Positions 19,729 to 29,446 of a stretch of DNA of 64,000 bases are shown here, piece by piece (the stretch's first letter is position 1; every line of letters begins with the position of its first letter). Position numbers and translations under genes: made by a program. This DNA is from an uncultured delta proteobacterium. GTDB lineage: Bacteria; Desulfobacterota; Binatia; Binatales; Binataceae. The DNA is taken from the NCBI GenBank assembly GCA_963794325.1, contig CAWCDG010000005.1, positions 128,001 to 192,000 of the forward strand. Direction: 5' to 3'. Under the pieces are notes generated by a model, which ran no database searches, was not told where the DNA came from, and saw only the letters and a list, made by a program, of their open reading frames with translations.

Positions 19729-20013
19729 ATGATCTTTCATCTGCCATCCGCGCTTCGACGATTTGCTCGCGACAACGAGGTCGTCGAGATGCGGCTGCCG
19801 GCCGACGTGCGCATGACGATCAGTGAGGCATTCGTGATGCTCGGGCGCGACTATCCCGCAATCCGCCAGCGCGTGCTCGACGATCAGAACGATATTCGGC
19901 GCCACGTCAACGTATTCGTCAACGGCGAGAATGTGCGCTTCATGCAAGCCGGCCTGACGCAGGTTTCGAATGACTCCGAAGTGTGGATTTACCCGGCGCT
20001 TTCGGGTGGGTGA
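19729..20013 (+). CDS. MoaD/ThiS ubiquitin-like protein
   Basis: HVNVFVNGEN and C-terminal PALSGG. Confidence 0.9.
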   Translation: MIFHLPSALRRFARDNEVVEMRLPADVRMTISEAFVMLGRDYPAIRQRVLDDQNDIRRHVNVFVNGENVRFMQAGLTQVSNDSEVWIYPALSGG

Positions 20014-20094
20014 TTGTCGATCTGGGGATCGGTCGAACGACTATATAGCAGGCGATGATAAATTTCGGTCAAGGAAAACAGTGAGGACAGTCTA

Positions 20095-20343
20095 ATGCGA
20101 GTCAGCAGACATCACCTGGGGGTCGGGTTCGAGGTGTGGACCGCGCAACAGAGCTGGTTCTGGTTCGTGGAAAATACCAATCGCAACGGCATGATTGGGG
20201 CCGCCGCGACCGAGTCCGACGCGATCCGCGACGCCGAGTCGTCGATCGAAGAGATTTCCAATTCGAATGCGCGTCCCGGATGGGAATGCTCGCTCGGCAA
20301 GCTCGCGCGCTATCTAGCTTCGGTCTGCGACACGATCGCGTAA
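20095..20343 (+). CDS. Small hypothetical protein (82 aa)
   Basis: GAGGA upstream of ATG; plausible globular composition. Confidence 0.6.
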   Translation: MRVSRHHLGVGFEVWTAQQSWFWFVENTNRNGMIGAAATESDAIRDAESSIEEISNSNARPGWECSLGKLARYLASVCDTIA

Positions 20344-20359
20344 TCGCCTGCGCGGCGGG

Positions 20360-20428
20360 CGGCAGGGGTGACCCCTGCACCCAGTGTGAAAGCGAAAAAC
20401 GCAAAGTTGCGCGAGGCGCGCAACTTTG
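20360..20428 (-). repeat. Partial family B repeat (reverse) plus a separate hairpin
   Basis: GGCAGGGGTGACCCCTGCACCCAG, then GCAAAGTTGCGCG-AG-GCGCGCAACTTTGC. Confidence 0.7.
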
Positions 20429-20447
20429 CTCTTAGGGAGTTGGAGAA

Positions 20448-21332
20448 ATGCAAAATCCGCAGGAATATTACAAGGGCACTGGACCAATGACAGCTCTGGG
20501 AGCGCATGCGGACGAATTCCGAGCTCTGCCCAGAGACCTCGCGTCGCTATGCGAAATCGTGCAAGGCGTGCTGATTCATCGGGACATCGCGCCCTGGCTG
20601 TACGGCATCACGCTAACCGAAGCGCAACGCGACGACGGGCACCTTCGCCCAATCGCGCAAATGTTGACGCGCATTCATGAACTCGATTCGCGGCCACTCG
20701 CGACTGCGCGCGATGTCGGTCATCGCCTGCCCAGCGTCTGTCGTCATTTCTCGCTGATGCTGTCCGCGATACTCCAGTATCAGGGAATTCCCGCGCGACC
20801 GCGATGCGGCTTCGGCGCGTACTTCACCCCGGGCAAGTTCGAAGACCATTGGGTATGCGAGTATTGGAACGCCATCGAGAAGCGCTGGATTTTAGTGGAC
20901 GCGCAGCTCGACGCAATTCAGCGCAAAGCTCTCAACATCGATTTCAATCCGCTCGATACGGCGCGCAACAAGTTCATCATCGCGGGCGACGCATGGCAGA
21001 TGTGCCGCTCCGGCCTCGCCGAACCGGCTGCATTCGGCCTCACACATGCCCACTTGCAGGGATTGTGGTTCGTCGCGGGCAACGTGCTGCGCGACCTGGC
21101 CTCGCTCAACAAAATGGAACTGCTGCCATGGGACGTCTGGGGCTTGATGAATATGAACGACGAGGCAATCACCGCAGAGAAGAAGGCCCTGCTAGATCGC
21201 GTCGCCGCACTAACGCTAGCAGGCGACGAGTCGTTCGCGGAGGTGCGTGCAATCTACGACGACGATCGCCTGCGCGTCCCGCCCGTGGTCTTCAACGCGC
21301 TGCGCAACGCGCAGGAACCGATCACAAGCTGA
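20448..21332 (+). CDS. Transglutaminase-like domain protein
   Basis: Cys-His-Asp triad pattern: VCRHF, DHWVCEYW, WILVDAQ. Confidence 0.85.
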   Translation: MQNPQEYYKGTGPMTALGAHADEFRALPRDLASLCEIVQGVLIHRDIAPWLYGITLTEAQRDDGHLRPIAQMLTRIHELDSRPLATARDVGHRLPSVCRHFSLMLSAILQYQGIPARPRCGFGAYFTPGKFEDHWVCEYWNAIEKRWILVDAQLDAIQRKALNIDFNPLDTARNKFIIAGDAWQMCRSGLAEPAAFGLTHAHLQGLWFVAGNVLRDLASLNKMELLPWDVWGLMNMNDEAITAEKKALLDRVAALTLAGDESFAEVRAIYDDDRLRVPPVVFNALRNAQEPITS

Positions 21333-21423
21333 GAATTAACCCGAGGCATCGATTCGATGGATCGTGTGAAGGATTCGCAGCACCCTCACCTACGGGCCGC
21401 GATGCGGCCGGCCGCTGGCATTG

Positions 21424-21502
21424 GTGGTACAGGCTTTAGCCTGTGATTTTTCTCGTCCATGCAGATCCAGGAAAGAATCACAGGCTAAAGCCTGTGCCAC
21501 CA
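21424..21502. repeat. Inverted REP doublet, family D (GTGGyACAGGCTTTAGCCTGTG)
   Basis: GTGGTACAGGCTTTAGCCTGTGATT...AATCACAGGCTAAAGCCTGTGCCAC. Confidence 0.8.
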
Positions 21503-21557
21503 AGATAAGGAACCTGAGAGCAAAATGGCGTCCTCGCCATTTTGCGATTAATACTAA

Positions 21558-21625
21558 GGTGCAGGGCTTAGCCCTGCCGAAGGAAGCGTGAAACCCACCG
21601 CAGGTTTCACATTCAATCAAGTTCC
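21558..21625 (+). repeat. Family B repeat
   Basis: GGTGCAGGGCTTAGCCCTGCCGAAGGAAGCGTGAAACCCACCGCAGGTTTCACATTCAATCAAG. Confidence 0.8.
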
Positions 21626-21674
21626 TCAGCTAACGCGGCGACTTGGCCGAGACCTGGCTCTCTCCTCTGCTATC

Positions 21675-23184
21675 TCACCGACCGCCTGCTGGCGCGGGCG
21701 CTGCCGGGCGCGTCGGCTTTGGCATGTGGATGTAGAGCTGCTCGTTCGTTGGACGGCCGTCGGTATGCATCGACGGCGGGCGCATCGAGTACTTCACTTC
21801 GCGCGCGTGCTCGGCCAGCTGGCGGTCCGGGATTGTATACACTGTTGAACTTCCACAGCATCTTGATGAAGTTGGTCTGCCCCTTCAGCGCGAGCTTGCC
21901 CGCGATCGACGCCACCGACTTCAGCGCCGCGAACCCCAGGTGCTTGCGATTCAGCACGTCCTGGGTCTTCACCAGCTCCTGGTAGAACTGCAGCAGCGGC
22001 AGCTTGGTCGGCAGCACCGCATGCTGAATGTCGTAGAGCCGGTAGTCGAGCGTCGTCAGCTTGCGCGATTCGGTGAACCACAGCTCGGTGCCGGGATACG
22101 GCGTCGCGACCGTCAGATGCACGATCTCCGGGATGCTCATCGCCCATTCGCGAATCACTTCGAAGCGCTTCACGTCCCACGACGGGTCCGCGATGAGGTT
22201 GATCGCAACGGTCAGCCCTATTTCGCGCGCGACTTCGAGCGCCTTGAAATTCACGCCCATCGACGATCGCTTGCGATGCAGCTTCAGCCCTTCCTCGTCG
22301 ATCGCTTCGAGCCCGAGGAACATGTACTCCATGCCGAGCTTGCGCCAGTAGCGAAACACTTCCGGATTGCGGCACAGCACGTCGGCGCGAGTCTCGAGGT
22401 AGTACTGTTTTTTGATTTTGCGCTTTTCGATTTCGTGGCCAATCGCGAAGCCATGCTCGGGATGGATAAACGCGACGTCGTCGACGATGAAGACGTTGGG
22501 TTCTTTGATCGACAGCATGTCTTCGGCCGCGGCCTCGGGCGTCGATTTGCGATAGCTGCGACCGTAAAACGTCCACGCGCTGCAGAATGAGCAATCCCAC
22601 GGGCATCCGCGGGTGAATTCGATCGATGCGCACGGATCGAGCACGCCGATAAAATATTTGTTGCGCCGACGCCCAAGATCGCGCGCCGGAAAAAACTTGT
22701 CGAGATCGTCGAGCATCACCGGCGTCGGCCCCGACCCTTGCGTCGTCAGCACGCCCGGAACCTTGCCGATTGAGCCGGTGCCGATCGCGTCGAGCAGCAT
22801 CGGCGTCGCCGTCTCGCCTTCGCCGCGGATAACCGCGTCGATCGCACCGTCCGCATGCTCGAGGATTTCGTCGGCGACAAACGACCCGCTGTGCCCGCCG
22901 GTGAAGACGAAGCAGTCCTTCATCACGCGCTTCACGTCCTTGGCGAGATCGATCACCTCGGGCACGTTGGCGAGATAGTTGAGCGAAAACCCGACCGCAT
23001 TCGGCTTGAAGCTCTCGAGCTCGGCAAACAGATCGCGATGCTTGAAAATTTGCAGGTCGATAATCCGCACGTCGTGGCCGGCCGCGCGCGTCGCCGCCGC
23101 CACCCGCTCCATGCCGAGCGGTTCGAGCCGCAGATAAATCTCGCTGTACATAAGCGGACTTGGATGTACGAATAGGATCCGCAT
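21675..23184 (-). CDS. hpnR: Hopanoid C-3 methylase (B12-binding radical SAM), +1 frameshift near 21830
   Basis: HPSPLMYSEIYLRLEPLG, LNYLANVPE, CPWDCSFC, YDIQHAVLPT; corrected C-terminus NPDRQLAEHAREVKY...LYIH ends at TGA 21675. Confidence 0.88.
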
Positions 23185-23464
23185 TAATTTTCCTCCAGTG
23201 CCTCGACTCTCCAGCCGGCGACACCTTCATGCAATTCGCTAATCTTCGGTCGCAACAATCCTCGCCTGACCAATCGGCCAGCCTGGATCAAAAGCATCCT
23301 AATATTCCCGTCGAGTCAATGAAATAGCATCGCGAGCCTCGAACCGCAGTTCGCGGGAAGGGGGACCGGATTGAGGACTTCGGCCTTGACACGCGCGCTC
23401 GCTCGCCGGAGTTTGGCTTTGAGCTTTTGAACTCCAAACCCGGAAGAAGATATTCGGAGAAATC

Positions 23465-24479
23465 ATGCAGTACTCGAAACTCGGAAAGACCGGAATCACC
23501 GTCTCGCGCATCTGCCTCGGATGCATGAGCTATGGCGACAAGAAATGGCGCGACTGGGTGCTCACGATGGACGAGGCTCGCGATCATTTCGCAGCCGCGG
23601 TCGAGTCGGGGATCAATTTCTTCGACACGGCTGACGTCTATTCGCAAGGCGTAAGCGAGGAGATCACCGGGCGATGGCTCGGCGAGATGGCGAAGCGCCA
23701 TGAGATCGTCGTCGCAACCAAAGTTCATGGGCCGATGGCGTCGGGACTGAATCGCGCGGGCCTCAGCCGCAAACATATTCTCGAAGCATGCGACGCCTCA
23801 TTGCGCCGCCTCAAGACGGATTTCATCGACCTGTATCAAATCCATCGATGGGACTACACGACGCCGATCGAGGAAACGCTTGAGGGGCTCGACTCATTGG
23901 TTCGCGCCGGTAAGGTGCGCTATCTCGGCGCCAGCTCGATGGCGGCATGGCAGTTCGCCAAGGCGCTCGCGCTGCAGAAGGAAAACGGATGGCACCGATT
24001 CGTCTCGATGCAGAACCATTACAACCTCGTCTATCGCGAGGAGGAGCGCGAGATGAATCCGCTGTGCATCGACAGCGGCGTCGGTCTGATTCCATGGAGC
24101 CCGCTCGCGCGCGGATTCCTGGCGGGCAATCGGGAAAAAGGCGGCAGCGGGCCGACGGCGCGCGCCAAGACAGGACGACTTCGCCAAGAACATGTATTTC
24201 CGCGAGTACGACTTCGAAGTGCTGAGCGTCGTCGAGCAGATCGCGAAGGAGCGGAGCATCACGCCGTCGCAGGTCGCATGCGCATGGATCCTGCAGGCGC
24301 CTGGAGTCAGCGCGCCGATAATCGGCGCCACGAAGATCGCGCATCTGAAGGAGGCGATCGCGGCGGCCGATGTGAAACTCACGCCTCAGGAAGTCGAGGC
24401 GTTGGAGAAACCGTACCGGCCGCATCCGATTCTGGGGCACGAGCAGCCGAAGCCGTCGCGGATGGCGCAGGCACGATGA
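23465..24479 (+). CDS. Aldo/keto reductase, +1 frameshift near 24170
   Basis: CLGCMSYG, DTADVY, VATKV, DLYQIHRWD, WSPLARG; C-terminus PIIGATK is in ORF 24192..24479. Confidence 0.9.
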
Positions 24480-24523
24480 AGCTTGCGAATCACTTACCTC
24501 CGCAGCGACCGACTCCCCTAAAA

Positions 24524-24566
24524 TCCGGTCCCCCTTCCCGTTCGGGAAGGGGTTAGGGGTTAGGTT
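24524..24566 (-). repeat. REP-like palindrome, family A (reverse)
   Basis: TCCGGTCCCCCTTCCCGTTCGGGAAGGGGTTAGGGGTTAGGTT. Confidence 0.8.
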
Positions 24567-24612
24567 GTTCGCATCAATCGCGGCCTCCTTTTTCGCGAAC
24601 TAAGCTCACCCG

Positions 24613-25219
24613 GTGGAAACAGACCTTAAAGCATTACTTGAAGTTGCGCAGGCGATGGGAAATCTGCGCGCGCCCTTCTATTTCTCGGGCGGATGGGCGA
24701 TCGATCTGCATCTCGGGCGCGTCACGCGGGCGCATCACGATATCGATGTGCTGGTGATGCGGCGCGATCATCTCGAACTGCACAAAGCGCTGAAACAATT
24801 TTCACTGAAAAAGATCATTCCGCATCCGGATGGGATGCCGCCGAATCGTGGGACGACTGTCGGATGGCCTCCCGGCGAGCGGCTCGAACTGCCGGTACAT
24901 CAGATCAATGCGTATCGCGCGGGCGAATCGGAGCCGGCGTTCCAGGTGATGCTCGCGGAGTCGTCGGACAACGAATGGATCTTTCGGCGCAATCCGGAAA
25001 TTCGGATGCCGATCGCGCGGATGGGATTTTATCCGCTGTGGGGGCTGCCGTATCTCGCGCCGGAAATCGTGCTGCTGTTCAAGGCGAAGCATCTCGAAGC
25101 GCGCGATCGAATCGATTTCAAGAATGCGGTTACCGGCGCTGAGCATCGACGCGCGGCGATGGTTGCGCGAAGCAATCGAGAGAACGCATCCGGGTCACGA
25201 ATGGATTAACGCTCTCTAG
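24613..25219 (+). CDS. Nucleotidyltransferase of the ANT(2'')/LinA-like family, +1 frameshift near 25130
   Basis: GGWAIDL, TRAHHDID, YLAPEIVLLFKAK; shifted frame gives WLREAIERTHPGHEW to TAG 25219. Confidence 0.78.
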
Positions 25220-25237
25220 CAACGATGGAGAGGTGAA

Positions 25238-25651
25238 ATGGAAATCAACGGTGTGGCGCATGTGATCCTCACGGTCAGCAACTTCGAGGCGTGCTATCCG
25301 TTCTATGAAAAGTTGCTCACGTACCTGGGGATGAAGCCGGTGATGCAAGGCGAGCAGATGCTGTACTGCGTTGGCGGACGGACCGCGGTGGGAATCATGA
25401 GATGCGATGATGCGTACCGCGCGGAGAGGTTCGAGCAGCGGCGCATCGGGCTGCATCACGTGTGTCTGCGTGCTCGCGAGCGCGGCGACGTCGATGAGAT
25501 TTACGGATTTCTGAAGACGATGGGCGCGAAGATTGTGCATCCGCCGGAAGATGGTCCGTGGGCGCCGGGGTATTATTCGGTACTGTTTGAGGATCCTGAT
25601 GGGATTCGGATTGAGGTGAATCATGTGCCGGGGAAGGGGTTGCTGACGTGA
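25238..25651 (+). CDS. VOC/glyoxalase family protein
   Basis: AHVILTVSN, GLHHVCLRA, YYSVLFEDPDGIRIE. Confidence 0.9.
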   Translation: MEINGVAHVILTVSNFEACYPFYEKLLTYLGMKPVMQGEQMLYCVGGRTAVGIMRCDDAYRAERFEQRRIGLHHVCLRARERGDVDEIYGFLKTMGAKIVHPPEDGPWAPGYYSVLFEDPDGIRIEVNHVPGKGLLT

Positions 25652-25705
25652 GGCGCCGTGCCCGCGGCGTGGCCAGTCCGCGCATGCTTTTGCGAACGAT
25701 CCGAA

Positions 25706-25752
25706 CAACCTAACCCTAACCCCTTCCCTCGAGGGAAGGGGGACAATCGCGG
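25706..25752 (+). repeat. REP-like palindrome, family A
   Basis: AACCTAACCCTAACCCCTTCCCTCGAGGGAAGGGGGACAATCGCGG. Confidence 0.8.
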
Positions 25753-25762
25753 CGAGAAGTTC

Positions 25763-25826
25763 TGCAACCTGTAGGTTGCATGTCGTCGCGGATCACGCTA
25801 TTTTAAACGCAACTTGGAGGTTGCGT
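25763..25826 (+). promoter_or_regulatory. Two palindromic operators (ArsR-type)
   Basis: TGCAACC-TGTA-GGTTGCA (25763-25780) and ACGCAAC-TTGGAG-GTTGCGT (25807-25826), the latter covering the RBS. Confidence 0.7.
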
Positions 25827-26327
25827 ATGGGTAGCAGCACTGATCGGATTGAGAAGAGTGTACTGTTGCGGGCGCCGCGGGAGCGGGTTTGGCGGGCGAT
25901 TAGCGACTCGAAGCAGTTCGGCAGTTGGTTTGGCGTCGAGTTCGACGCGCCTTTCGTCGCGGGCAAGGCCATTGTTGGAAAGTTGGTTGGGACGACCGTG
26001 GACGCGGAAGTCGCGAAGCGGCAGGAAGCATACAAAGGGCATCGTTTCGAGTTCGTGGTCGATCGGGTCGAGCCGACGCGGCTGTTCTCCTTTCGATGGC
26101 ATCCGTTTGCGATGGATTCAAGCGTCGATTACTCGAAAGAGCCGAGCACATTGGTCGCGTTCGTGCTCGAAGAGGTTGAGGACGGCACGATGCTGACCGT
26201 TACCGAATCGGGGTTCGATCGGATTCCGATCGAGCGGCGCGCCAAAGCATTTGCCGCCAACGAAGGCGGATGGGCGGCGCAGATGAAGCTGATCGAGAAG
26301 TACCTCGCGATGCACGCGCAGGGCTGA
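25827..26327 (+). CDS. SRPBCC family protein
   Basis: APRERVWRAI, FSFRWHP, VTESGFD, GWAAQM. Confidence 0.9.
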   Translation: MGSSTDRIEKSVLLRAPRERVWRAISDSKQFGSWFGVEFDAPFVAGKAIVGKLVGTTVDAEVAKRQEAYKGHRFEFVVDRVEPTRLFSFRWHPFAMDSSVDYSKEPSTLVAFVLEEVEDGTMLTVTESGFDRIPIERRAKAFAANEGGWAAQMKLIEKYLAMHAQG

Positions 26328-26337
26328 GCTGCCGATC

Positions 26338-26691
26338 GTGACACGACTCTCGATTGGCAGCCAAGCGAAACGGGCAGACGCCGCGGCGATCTTCGCGGCG
26401 CTGGGCGACGAGACTCGTTTGCGGATCGTCGCCCGGCTCTGCGAGGAGGGACCGCTGTCGATCATGCGGCTCACCAGCGGAGCGAAGGTCTCGCGCCAGG
26501 CGGTCACGAAGCATCTTCATGCACTCGAAGAGGCCGGGCTCGCGCGCGGCTCGCGGCTGGGACGAACATCCGTCTGGGAGCTGCGTGCGAATCGGCTCGC
26601 GAGTGTGCAGCGGTATCTCGATCAGATTTCGCGCGACTGGGATGCGGCGTTGGGACGGCTGCGGGCGTTTGTCGAGGAAGACGAGCGGTGA
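26338..26691 (+). CDS. ArsR/SmtB family transcription regulator
   Basis: FAALGDETRLRIV, SRQAVTKHL. Confidence 0.9.
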   Translation: MTRLSIGSQAKRADAAAIFAALGDETRLRIVARLCEEGPLSIMRLTSGAKVSRQAVTKHLHALEEAGLARGSRLGRTSVWELRANRLASVQRYLDQISRDWDAALGRLRAFVEEDER

Positions 26692-26714
26692 TGAAGATTC
26701 GTGGCATGGAAGGA

Positions 26715-26878
26715 ATTGCCTCGCCCACTGCGGGGAGGTGTCACAGACACGCGGCCGCGCTTCCAGCGCGGGTGAGGGACCGAATTTTTCCGGATTCCAG
26801 ATGTGCGGCGCACAGAAAATCGCGCCGCACAATGTCCCTCACCCTAACCCCCTCCTCTCGTGGGGCGAAGGAACCAGC
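26715..26878 (+). repeat. Composite (BIME-like) repeat, reverse-complement relative of 40105-40270
   Basis: Shares GCGGGTGAGGGACC, the TGTGCGGCGC...GCGCCGCACA hairpin and TGTCCCTCACCC. Confidence 0.75.
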
Positions 26879-26881
26879 AAG

Positions 26882-26915
26882 AAAAGGGCCGGACGTGGTT
26901 TGCGTCCGGCCCTTT
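26882..26915. terminator. Bidirectional intrinsic terminator downstream of hppA
   Basis: AAAAGGGCCGGACG-TGGTTTG-CGTCCGGCCCTTT. Confidence 0.8.
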
Positions 26916-26936
26916 GTTGAACAGAGTTTGAATCGC

Positions 26937-29210
26937 TTACGCGGCTTGCTTGGTTTCGATTGCCAGGCTCTCTTCCGCGATCGATCCGCGCTTCGAGAAC
27001 AATACCGCGATCGCCAGCGCGATGATCGACACGACCACGATTGCGACGCGCAACGTCGTCACGCCGCTGAGCTCGATCGTCGTGAACGGCGCCGCCAGAA
27101 TCGCAACCAGGTTCATCACCTTGATCATCGGGTTCAACGCCGGGCCCGCCGTATCCTTGAACGGATCGCCGACCGTGTCGCCCACCACCGACGCCTTGTG
27201 CACGTCGGTGCCCTTGCCGCCGAGGAAACCGTCTTCGACTTTTTTCTTGGCGTTATCCCAGTTGGCACCCGCATTCGACATGAACACCGCCATCAACTGG
27301 CCCGTCAGGATGGTGCCGCCGAGGAATCCACCGAGCGCGCCCGCGCCGAGGCCGAAGCCGACCAGCAGCGGCGAGAAGATTGCGAGGATTCCGGGGCCGA
27401 GCAGTTCTTTCTGCGACGCCGCCGTCACGATATCGACACACGCGCTGTAGTCGGGCAGCTCTTTGCCCTCCATGATTCCCGGATGCTCGCGAAGCTGACG
27501 GCGCACCTCGAACACGATCTGATACGCCGCGCGGCTGACCGCTTTAATCGCGAACGAGCTGAACAGGAACGGCACCGCGCCGCCGATCATCAGGCCGACG
27601 AACACGGTCGGCATATTGATCTGCACGCCAATCGATCCGAGATGCGCCTCATCTATAAACGACCGGAACAGCGAGACCGCCGCAAGCACCGCCGTGGCAA
27701 TCGCGAGGCCCTTGGTAAGCGCCTTGGTGGTGTTGCCAATCGCGTCCATCCACGACAGCGTCTTCGACGCCTCCTCCTGATGGATTCCGGCCATCTCGAA
27801 GATGCCATGCGCGTTGTCGGTGATCGGTCCGTAGGTATCCATCGCGAGGATGTAGCCCGTGGTCGTCAGCAGGCCGAGTCCGGTCAGCGCGATTCCGTAA
27901 AACTGCAGCGCGAGCGACTCGTGGAAAATCGCCATCGCGCCGATGATCGCGGCCGCAATCACCAGCAGCGCCCACACCGACGACTCGAGTCCCTCCGCCA
28001 TGCCCGACAGGATCAATGTCGCCGGGCCGGTCCGCGCCGCCATCGCGGTCTCCGTGACCGGGCCCTTGTCCGGATGCGTAAAATAGTTCGTCAGCCACAG
28101 CGTCACGACCGCGAGAAGAATTCCGAGCGACGCGCAGCATGCGAAGCGCCAGTCGGTCGCTCCGGTGCGCGGGTCGTCGAGGTAAAGATAGTTCACGACG
28201 AAGAATCCAATCACCGATGCGACCGCCGAGGTCATGTACCCAATATTGATCGGGCGCATCGGGTCGAGCATTTTGCCCGCCGGTACGCGCACCGCCATGA
28301 TTCCGATAATCGACGAGAACACGCCGACGCCGCGCAGTATCAGCGCGAACATGATCAGCTTGACCGCGAACATGCCCGCGTATTGCCCGTAGGCCGCGAT
28401 AAAGTCCGACTCCTGCAGCGCGTACGCCGCCAGAATGATCGCCGCGACCAGCGTCACCTCGTACGACTCGAACACGTCAGCCGCCATGCCAGCGCAGTCG
28501 CCGACGTTGTCGCCAACGTTATCGGCGATCGTCGCGGGATTGCGCGGGTCATCCTCCGGTAGATCCTGCTCGATCTTGCCGACCAGGTCGCCGCCTACGT
28601 CAGCCGCCTTGGTGTAGATTCCGCCGCCGACGCGCATGAACAATGCCGCCAGCGATCCACCGAAGCCGAAGCCGACCAGGACCTTCATCGCGTTCTCGCG
28701 GAAGACCAAAAAGATGATGGTCGCGCCGAGCAATCCCAGCCCAACCGTGAACATGCCCGAGACGCCGCCCGCCTTGAATGCGAGTTCCATCGCGTCCTTG
28801 AAGCTGGTGAGCGCGGCGTTGGCGCTGCGGACGTTGCCCTTGACCGCGAGCCACATCCCGACGTAGCCGGCGCCGTATGATGCGGCGACACCCATCAGGA
28901 ATGCAATCGAGATTCCCAGCGGCAGGTACAGGCCCTGGTAAACGTTGCGGTACATGAAAAAGAGCGCGAAAAAAATCGCGCCGACGAACCAGATCATGGT
29001 TTTGACCTGGCGTCCGAGGTAGGCCATCGCGCCGACCTCGATCGCATCGGACACGTCGGTCAGTGATTTAGGTCCGGGGTCGGCGGCCAGCACTACGCGG
29101 ATCAACACGACACCGTAGGCCAGCGCGACCAGCGCCGAGACCAGCACCAGCCACAGGATCATGACCTGTCCGCTGGTTAAAGTGGGCAGAACGATATTCG
29201 CTTCGCTCAT
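26937..29210 (-). CDS. hppA: Membrane pyrophosphatase, K+-independent H+-pumping type
   Basis: GGGIYTKAADVGGDLVGKIE, DNVGDNVGD, GDPFKDTAGP; GNTTKA has the Lys diagnostic of K+-independence. Confidence 0.93.
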   Translation of the reverse strand: MSEANIVLPTLTSGQVMILWLVLVSALVALAYGVVLIRVVLAADPGPKSLTDVSDAIEVGAMAYLGRQVKTMIWFVGAIFFALFFMYRNVYQGLYLPLGISIAFLMGVAASYGAGYVGMWLAVKGNVRSANAALTSFKDAMELAFKAGGVSGMFTVGLGLLGATIIFLVFRENAMKVLVGFGFGGSLAALFMRVGGGIYTKAADVGGDLVGKIEQDLPEDDPRNPATIADNVGDNVGDCAGMAADVFESYEVTLVAAIILAAYALQESDFIAAYGQYAGMFAVKLIMFALILRGVGVFSSIIGIMAVRVPAGKMLDPMRPINIGYMTSAVASVIGFFVVNYLYLDDPRTGATDWRFACCASLGILLAVVTLWLTNYFTHPDKGPVTETAMAARTGPATLILSGMAEGLESSVWALLVIAAAIIGAMAIFHESLALQFYGIALTGLGLLTTTGYILAMDTYGPITDNAHGIFEMAGIHQEEASKTLSWMDAIGNTTKALTKGLAIATAVLAAVSLFRSFIDEAHLGSIGVQINMPTVFVGLMIGGAVPFLFSSFAIKAVSRAAYQIVFEVRRQLREHPGIMEGKELPDYSACVDIVTAASQKELLGPGILAIFSPLLVGFGLGAGALGGFLGGTILTGQLMAVFMSNAGANWDNAKKKVEDGFLGGKGTDVHKASVVGDTVGDPFKDTAGPALNPMIKVMNLVAILAAPFTTIELSGVTTLRVAIVVVSIIALAIAVLFSKRGSIAEESLAIETKQAA

Positions 29211-29391
29211 CGCAATTCCGATTCTCCTGAAAAAAGTCGAGGTTTGATTTAAGAGCGGCGCCCGCCGCGCAATTGAATCAGTGAATACGCCGATAATAGC
29301 CGGGCGATCACCCTCTGGGTATCTGGCGCAGTCTAGGTTTTCCTGACCGCGAAGTCCAGTAATCGGCGGGGTGGGCCTTCGGAAGAAGAAG

Positions 29392-29419
29392 AGGCCCCGG
29401 CGCGACGGCCGGGGCCTTT
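29392..29419. terminator. GC-rich hairpin, probable terminator of the beta-helix gene pair
   Basis: AGGCCCCGGC-GCGACG-GCCGGGGCCT followed on the minus strand by CTTCTTCTT. Confidence 0.65.
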
Positions 29420-29446
29420 GAGATCCTGACGATTCAAACCTTCAGA

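Noticed and set aside
26688-28562. 624-aa plus-strand ORF
   Set aside because: Antisense shadow of hppA in GC-rich DNA; no motifs, Arg-rich.
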